Shown in pieces: positions 58,997-64,000 of a stretch of DNA of 64,000 nucleotides. Position 1 is the stretch's first letter; each line of letters begins with the position of its first letter. Under the pieces are notes generated by a model. The model was not told where the DNA came from, did no database searches, and saw only the letters and a program-made list of their open reading frames with translations. The stretch is from Phyllosticta citribraziliensis (Eukaryota): the NCBI RefSeq assembly GCF_038025025.1, contig NW_027117345.1:1054001-1118000 (forward strand), read 5' to 3'. A program made the position numbers and the translations under genes.

Positions 58997-61900
58997 CACG
59001 CCAGGCGATGGATATTGGTGTGCGAAAAGTCCAGGAGTCCGGGGTGCGAGAGGTTCAGTCGCAATGCGGGGAATTGGCGGTAATCCTGGGCCGTCGAAAT
59101 ATGGCAGGCGCACCGGGCACCGTAAACGAGTGTGGTTGTTGAGTAGAGAAAGTGGACTGGGTCGGTCAAGAAGTCGCGGCGAGACTTGTGTTTATGGAAT
59201 GCGCGGTAGAATTGGGTGGCTGAGGTATCTTTGTCTATTCACAGGTCCAACAATGACATTGTCCAGAGGTCGTCGTCAATGGGGCGGAGGTGGACAAGGA
59301 ATGGGCGAGTCGGCCAAGCAAATGGAAGAGAGTCCTTGTTGGGCGGCGAGGCGAGGCGAATCGAGTCGAGCGAGAGAGAGAGCAGAGTGACGGCGGGAGG
59401 GAGGATTGGGATCGACGTAGACTTGTTTGGTTGGCGAGTCGGGGGGTATGTGGAGTGGACACGACGCCGGCGCGTGGAGGAGTGGACTGGGACGAAAACA
59501 ACGGAAACGGGAATTGGAGTCAGGCGGCTAGTTAGGGCCAAAACGAGCGTGGGTGCGAAGTGAAGAGAAGAGAAGAGCGAGCAAGCAGAAGAGTCGAAGA
59601 GTCGAAGAGGGAGGGGGCCTTGGGAGGAAGTGAAGGGAAAGGAGGACCGTCGTAGGAGTATATGGGCGCAGTGTCCGGCGCGTGCATGGCGTGCAAGCGC
59701 CCACACCCAATCAGCCATTTTCTGCCCTGACCTGGCGCCACGCGAGCACAGGACATCGGCTGCGAGTACCCTGTCGTACCACCCGAGGCCCTCACGCCAT
59801 GAGTATAGCTGCGCGATGAGTGGTGAGGACGTGAGGTTGTTGTTTCATTCTGCCCGCGCTGCGGGAAGCGATACGCTGGCCACCCCGGCCCAGAACATGA
59901 GCTTGGCCTCTACCTTAACTTAATTCACAAGTCTTCTCACCTTCGCTTCTCTTCCCTTCTTCCCACCTGTGGCTTGTTCCGTCGTCCGCCATGTCACTCC
60001 TACTCCTCCTGCTGCCACTCCTTCCGCCATGCCCTGCCATGAAACCAGCAGGCCCGCCCCTGCGTCGATCAACCACCTAGGTACTGACAAGCTGCCAGGC
60101 ACCGCCCTCTCTTCCTTTCTCTCTCTTTCTCTCTTTCTCTCTTTCTTTCCGTCAACATTCCTCACATCCGCCCTCGCCGTTCTCTCTGTCCGTGTGCCCC
60201 TGTCGTGGCTCTCTATGTGCGACAACAAGGCTCTTCGGCGGTGGGGCCTTTTGACGTCGCTTGTGTTGCTCGTCTTCCGAAACAGGCACCACAGCAGCTA
60301 CGTCTAGCCACTCGCTAGCCTTATGGCTCCGGTCCCTCCTCCTCGGCCATCTCCGTCCTCCTCAGTTGTTTTCTCCACCAGCCACAGCTGCGAGCAATCT
60401 CCTCTCTCCGTCTTTCACGACGTTCGATCTTGCTTTTGGCTGCATCTCCGAGCCCGCTCTGGCTGCCGTTTGACACTCTTCCTGAACCGTCCATGCTTTT
60501 GTCGTCTAGAACAAGCTCGACTTGATCAAGGCCGCCGCGTGCCGAGGCAAAAGCAAAATCTCTGTCTGCATAATCTATATAATTAGATTGCCCATGTGGG
60601 TCGCAGACGAGAGGTGGGATTTTCGATGCCATGCAGTGCCGCCGTTTGGCCGGCCCGGGGCCTGCAGGGAAGCGACGCTGGCTCCAGGGCCCGGCCATGG
60701 CAGCTTCACAAACCACCATCCAGACACACCTTCGCCTCCCTCGGCAACCCTCCGTCGCTCTGCCGCGCGCTTGGCATGGCAGCAACCCGGCATGCCACGC
60801 CGACGAACCACGGGAAATTCCATCTCCATCACCGCACTGTCGACTGACACCTGCACCAAACATTCCGCATCCGGCTCTCGTCTCGTCCTCTCGCATCCAA
60901 CCTCGAAACGCCCTCCACCCTCTCGTCGCCCTGCCTCTCCGCTCCCTCCCCGCCATCCCTCGCTCCCTCGTCACCGCCACGTGGAGTCCTCACCGAGCAG
61001 ACGCTGCTGTTTCACGCTGATGACCTCATCGCCTGACGGCCACTCCACGCTACAAGGCACCCTCTAGTCTGCTCACGGAAAGGTCAGAGGCACCGCCTTA
61101 CGTGCCTGACTTGGCGTCCTGCACCCTGCAAGGGACCAGGGGCCTCCTGAAATCTCGAGCATCGCCATTCGATCTCGACAGCATAAAGTCGACAGAGCGT
61201 GACCCTCTACAGACATCGCCTGTCTATCTCGTGCGACCCGTCGTGCTGGTGGTGTTGTGGTGTTGTGGTTGCGCCGAGAATAGCATCATGTCGACTTGTT
61301 CGTCAACAATGCCTCGCCGCCTCCGCGCACTGACGACAGAGGCGCTCTCAGGCCCCAAACAATGCTGCACCTGGCGAGTGCCGAATTAGACTGCGGGCTT
61401 GAATGCAGAGCCTTTGTCGCCGTCCTTCGTCTGCACTGCCACATTCTACCATCGCCAACCGCACTTGTTGGTGGCTTGCCATGCACTTGGCCAAGCAAGC
61501 AAAAAAACCAAAACTGACCGCCTTGCCCTGGTGGACGCATTCTTTGCTTCCCCCAGCCACCCGGAGCCGCATGCGGTGTGGAAATTTTTCCGGGGAACTG
61601 ATTGAATCGCCCTTGCAGGCTCCATGTCAAGCTTCGAATCTTTGCCGCCCCAAAAACATCAACTGACCCCAAGAGGCCCGCCCAGCCCGTGCTCATGATA
61701 AGAGCGTCTTTCTTGTGGCAATGGCACAATCACAATCTGTTGCACAAGGCAAACTCCCTCGTACTTGTTGCGCTTTGGCCAAATGATACCAAGAGGGCAA
61801 GCAGTATCATCGCCATTTAGTTGCACTCGAGCGGCGCTGTTTCCCCAACCACTACGAGTCTTGTCGCTCACTTCTACCGGATAGGCCTCTGCCACTTGCC

Positions 61901-62035
61901 TTGACAGATGCCACGCTTACGACGAGATTAGACGTCCTTCACCACCACCATTTCCAAATGCTACTGCTGTCCATCTTCCTGGCACCATGGTGAGTGGGTT
62001 TTTCAGGGGGATGCGCTGACCAGCTTCGTATGTCC

Positions 62036-62221
62036 GAATGCCCCAGCGGCGGAAGGGCCGCGAACGGTCGAATGCTCCAGCAGCGGAAACACTGAGAAGG
62101 GTTGAATGCTCCTGGAGCGGAAGCACTGTGAAGAGCTGAATGCTCCAGCAGCGAAATCGCCTCGAAGTGAGGAGTGCTCCAGCAGCGGAAACGCTGTGAA
62201 GGGTTGAATGCTCCAGCAGCG
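62036..62221. repeat. 34-bp tandem repeat, about 5.5 copies
   Basis: Units start at 62036, 62070, 62104, 62138, 62172, 62206; consensus GAATGCTCCAGCAGCGGAANCRCYGNGAAGGGTT. Confidence 0.95.
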
Positions 62222-64000
62222 CTGCAGAAGCACCATGCACCGCACGCACTCCTGACCAGCTGCTGACTTCTGTCTGGGCTGGACACCAGCATGACCTACT
62301 GTTCGTGCTCATGACTCTACCTCAGCCGAAGCCGGCTACCAGACCGCACGCGCTCCGAAGCCGCTGCACGTGCTAACTGGCACCATATCCACTGCCAGCG
62401 GCGGCGCAGTATAAAATGACCTCTTTCCCCCCTCCTGGGACAAATGCGCGCCGCTTCATGGCTCTTTTCTGCCACTTGTCAAGAATGAACAGCCACTGTC
62501 TCTGTTCTGGGTTCTGCGGCTTTTGTGTCCTGGTACAATGCTTCCTATACGCCTATTCCCATGCCATGATACGATTATGGCGAAATTCATCATTGCCCAC
62601 TGACGTGGTTTGCCCTGTCCCGTTCTTACTGCTGCAGCAACTCCTTGCTTCGCTCCATCCTTCGCAGAACTGGCCGTCCTTCTGCAACCGGATCAAGATT
62701 CGCCGACGGCAGCAGAAGACAAACAGTCTTTTCACAGAATCACTTAGTCTGATTTCGGTTTCTTGTGCTCTGTGTGATGGCCAGAGGCTTAGTTGCGGAC
62801 GCTGCTGGGGCGCTTTTATGGAGCTTAGACACACTGCCGAAAGCATGAGGAAAGACGAGTCGCACGCATTCATGGCGTCACGGTCAGCGGGCAAGCGAGT
62901 CGGCATATCAGCTGCTTGGTAGGCAGTGGACCTGGATGGGGGCCAGAACAACGTACGTGCCTATCTCCTCTCGACTATCCTCGCCCATAAAGGGGCCCTC
63001 GAAGCCTCTGGAATCTTTCCTCGCTACAGCTCGCTGCCTCCGCTTGCTGCCAAGCGTGGGGGAACGCTGCACTCGCGGAAAGAGAGTACAGGACAACAAG
63101 ACTGTGTCTTTTGCGGCGCGGTGCTGCCGTGGCAGAAACTTGCAGGCAGCACGAGAACGAGGAAGAAATACGATGTCTCGCGGGCTGGGGTGCGGCGTGC
63201 AACACTGCTGAATTGCGTTTTCAGCCCCTGACGGCGCGACGCTGCGTGCTGGAGTGATGATGCTCAACTTTACGTGGCGGGAAATACATGCAATGTCCAA
63301 CGCTGGCCTCGCTTTCCAATTTCGACTCTTCGACTCCCACGAAGAGCCCCCGCTGGAACGGCCACAGTTGAGCTGGGACAGATCGCTGTAGTGCAATTGC
63401 AAGCGCGATGTTAATGATTATCGGTGTCCTTGACACTGTAGGAGTAGGGTTTTATAGTCAGTAGAAGGGTGCCAACAGGAGAAAGGGAGAAAGAAAAGAG
63501 GCATGCAGCATCCATGGCTTCTTTTGATGACAAAGGAGTAAAGGTATATAAGAATGCGCCGTGGCTGGGGGACTTGACCTCATTACAACTACACTACCTG
63601 GCCAGATCACATACCTCTGCTGCACGACAGACTTTTGGCTGCGGCAGCTTCTGGCATCATCGATTTGGCGGTGCTGACAGGAAGAGGTGATGGGGAGGCT
63701 CTCGGGCAAAATTGGGACGAGTAGTCACTGGTGATGAGCATCAAAGCTCCTAATGATGCAGGTCGTCAACATTACATTCCACCATCAAGCCTCACCGCAC
63801 ATGCTGCCCAAGGAGAAGCTTAACCTTCCCCACAACTGCCAACGCAAGTGGTCCATTTCGGCGGAATCTTCGCAGCCCGCCACAGTGACTGGGTGTTTGT
63901 CTGAGCTTTGCACTCTTTTGTTAGTGAGTGTAAAAGCTTTGCGGTGGAGAAGGGGACAGGCGAGGGGAGCCAGGGGTTATGTACCCATCGACAGAGGCCC

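Noticed and set aside
59991..60080. Signal-peptide-like mini-ORF MSLLLLLLPLLPPCPAMKPAGPPLRRSTT
   Set aside because: The Leu run derives from CTC/CTG simple repeats and it stops after 29 codons.
62036..62221. CRISPR-like repeat/spacer interpretation of the 34-bp array
   Set aside because: The variable halves are only 15 nt and clearly homologous to each other; there are no cas genes and the host is a eukaryote.
61917..62312. Three overlapping minus-strand ORFs across the array
   Set aside because: A 34-nt period cycles through all frames, so a stop-free unit opens all three; no coding signature.
1..64000. tRNA, rRNA, TPP riboswitch, telomeric repeats, transposase/RT ORFs, secondary-metabolite cluster
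   Set aside because: No diagnostic motifs found by eye; tRNAscan-SE, Infernal and RepeatMasker would be needed to exclude them formally.

Overview
Eukaryotic, intron-containing DNA from a filamentous ascomycete (Pezizomycotina; Dothideomycete-like is a guess from composition and gene style). Introns are short GT-AG with CTRAY branch sites. I reconstructed about 15 spliced protein-coding genes by hand: a Zn2Cys6-like/coiled-coil orphan, an EsdC-related CBM-like protein, an Lsb5-like VHS/GAT protein, a sulfotransferase-like P-loop protein, a ~1850-aa DH/PH-like protein, an EBP sterol isomerase, a PTH11-like receptor, an OSGIN-like flavoprotein, NDUFB4, a GTT1-type GST, a double-BTB protein, a secreted beta/gamma-crystallin-like protein, an unknown protein, an SRA/YDG protein, a Fic1/Inn1-like C2 protein and a ferric reductase. 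There is also one candidate microprotein. I saw no tRNA, rRNA, CRISPR or transposon. The most unusual signals are: (i) a 34-bp tandem array whose units keep a hairpin with one compensatory base-pair change; (ii) a crystallin-fold secreted precursor with an in-register X-Ala/X-Pro acidic C-terminal tail; (iii) a gene-free 0.3-3.6 kb tract of repeated back-to-back TATA pairs enclosing CACATG/CACGAG/CACGTG motifs; and (iv) splice-site oddities (a stop-introducing tandem acceptor and an obligatory GAG acceptor). All family assignments come from motif recognition, not database searches.
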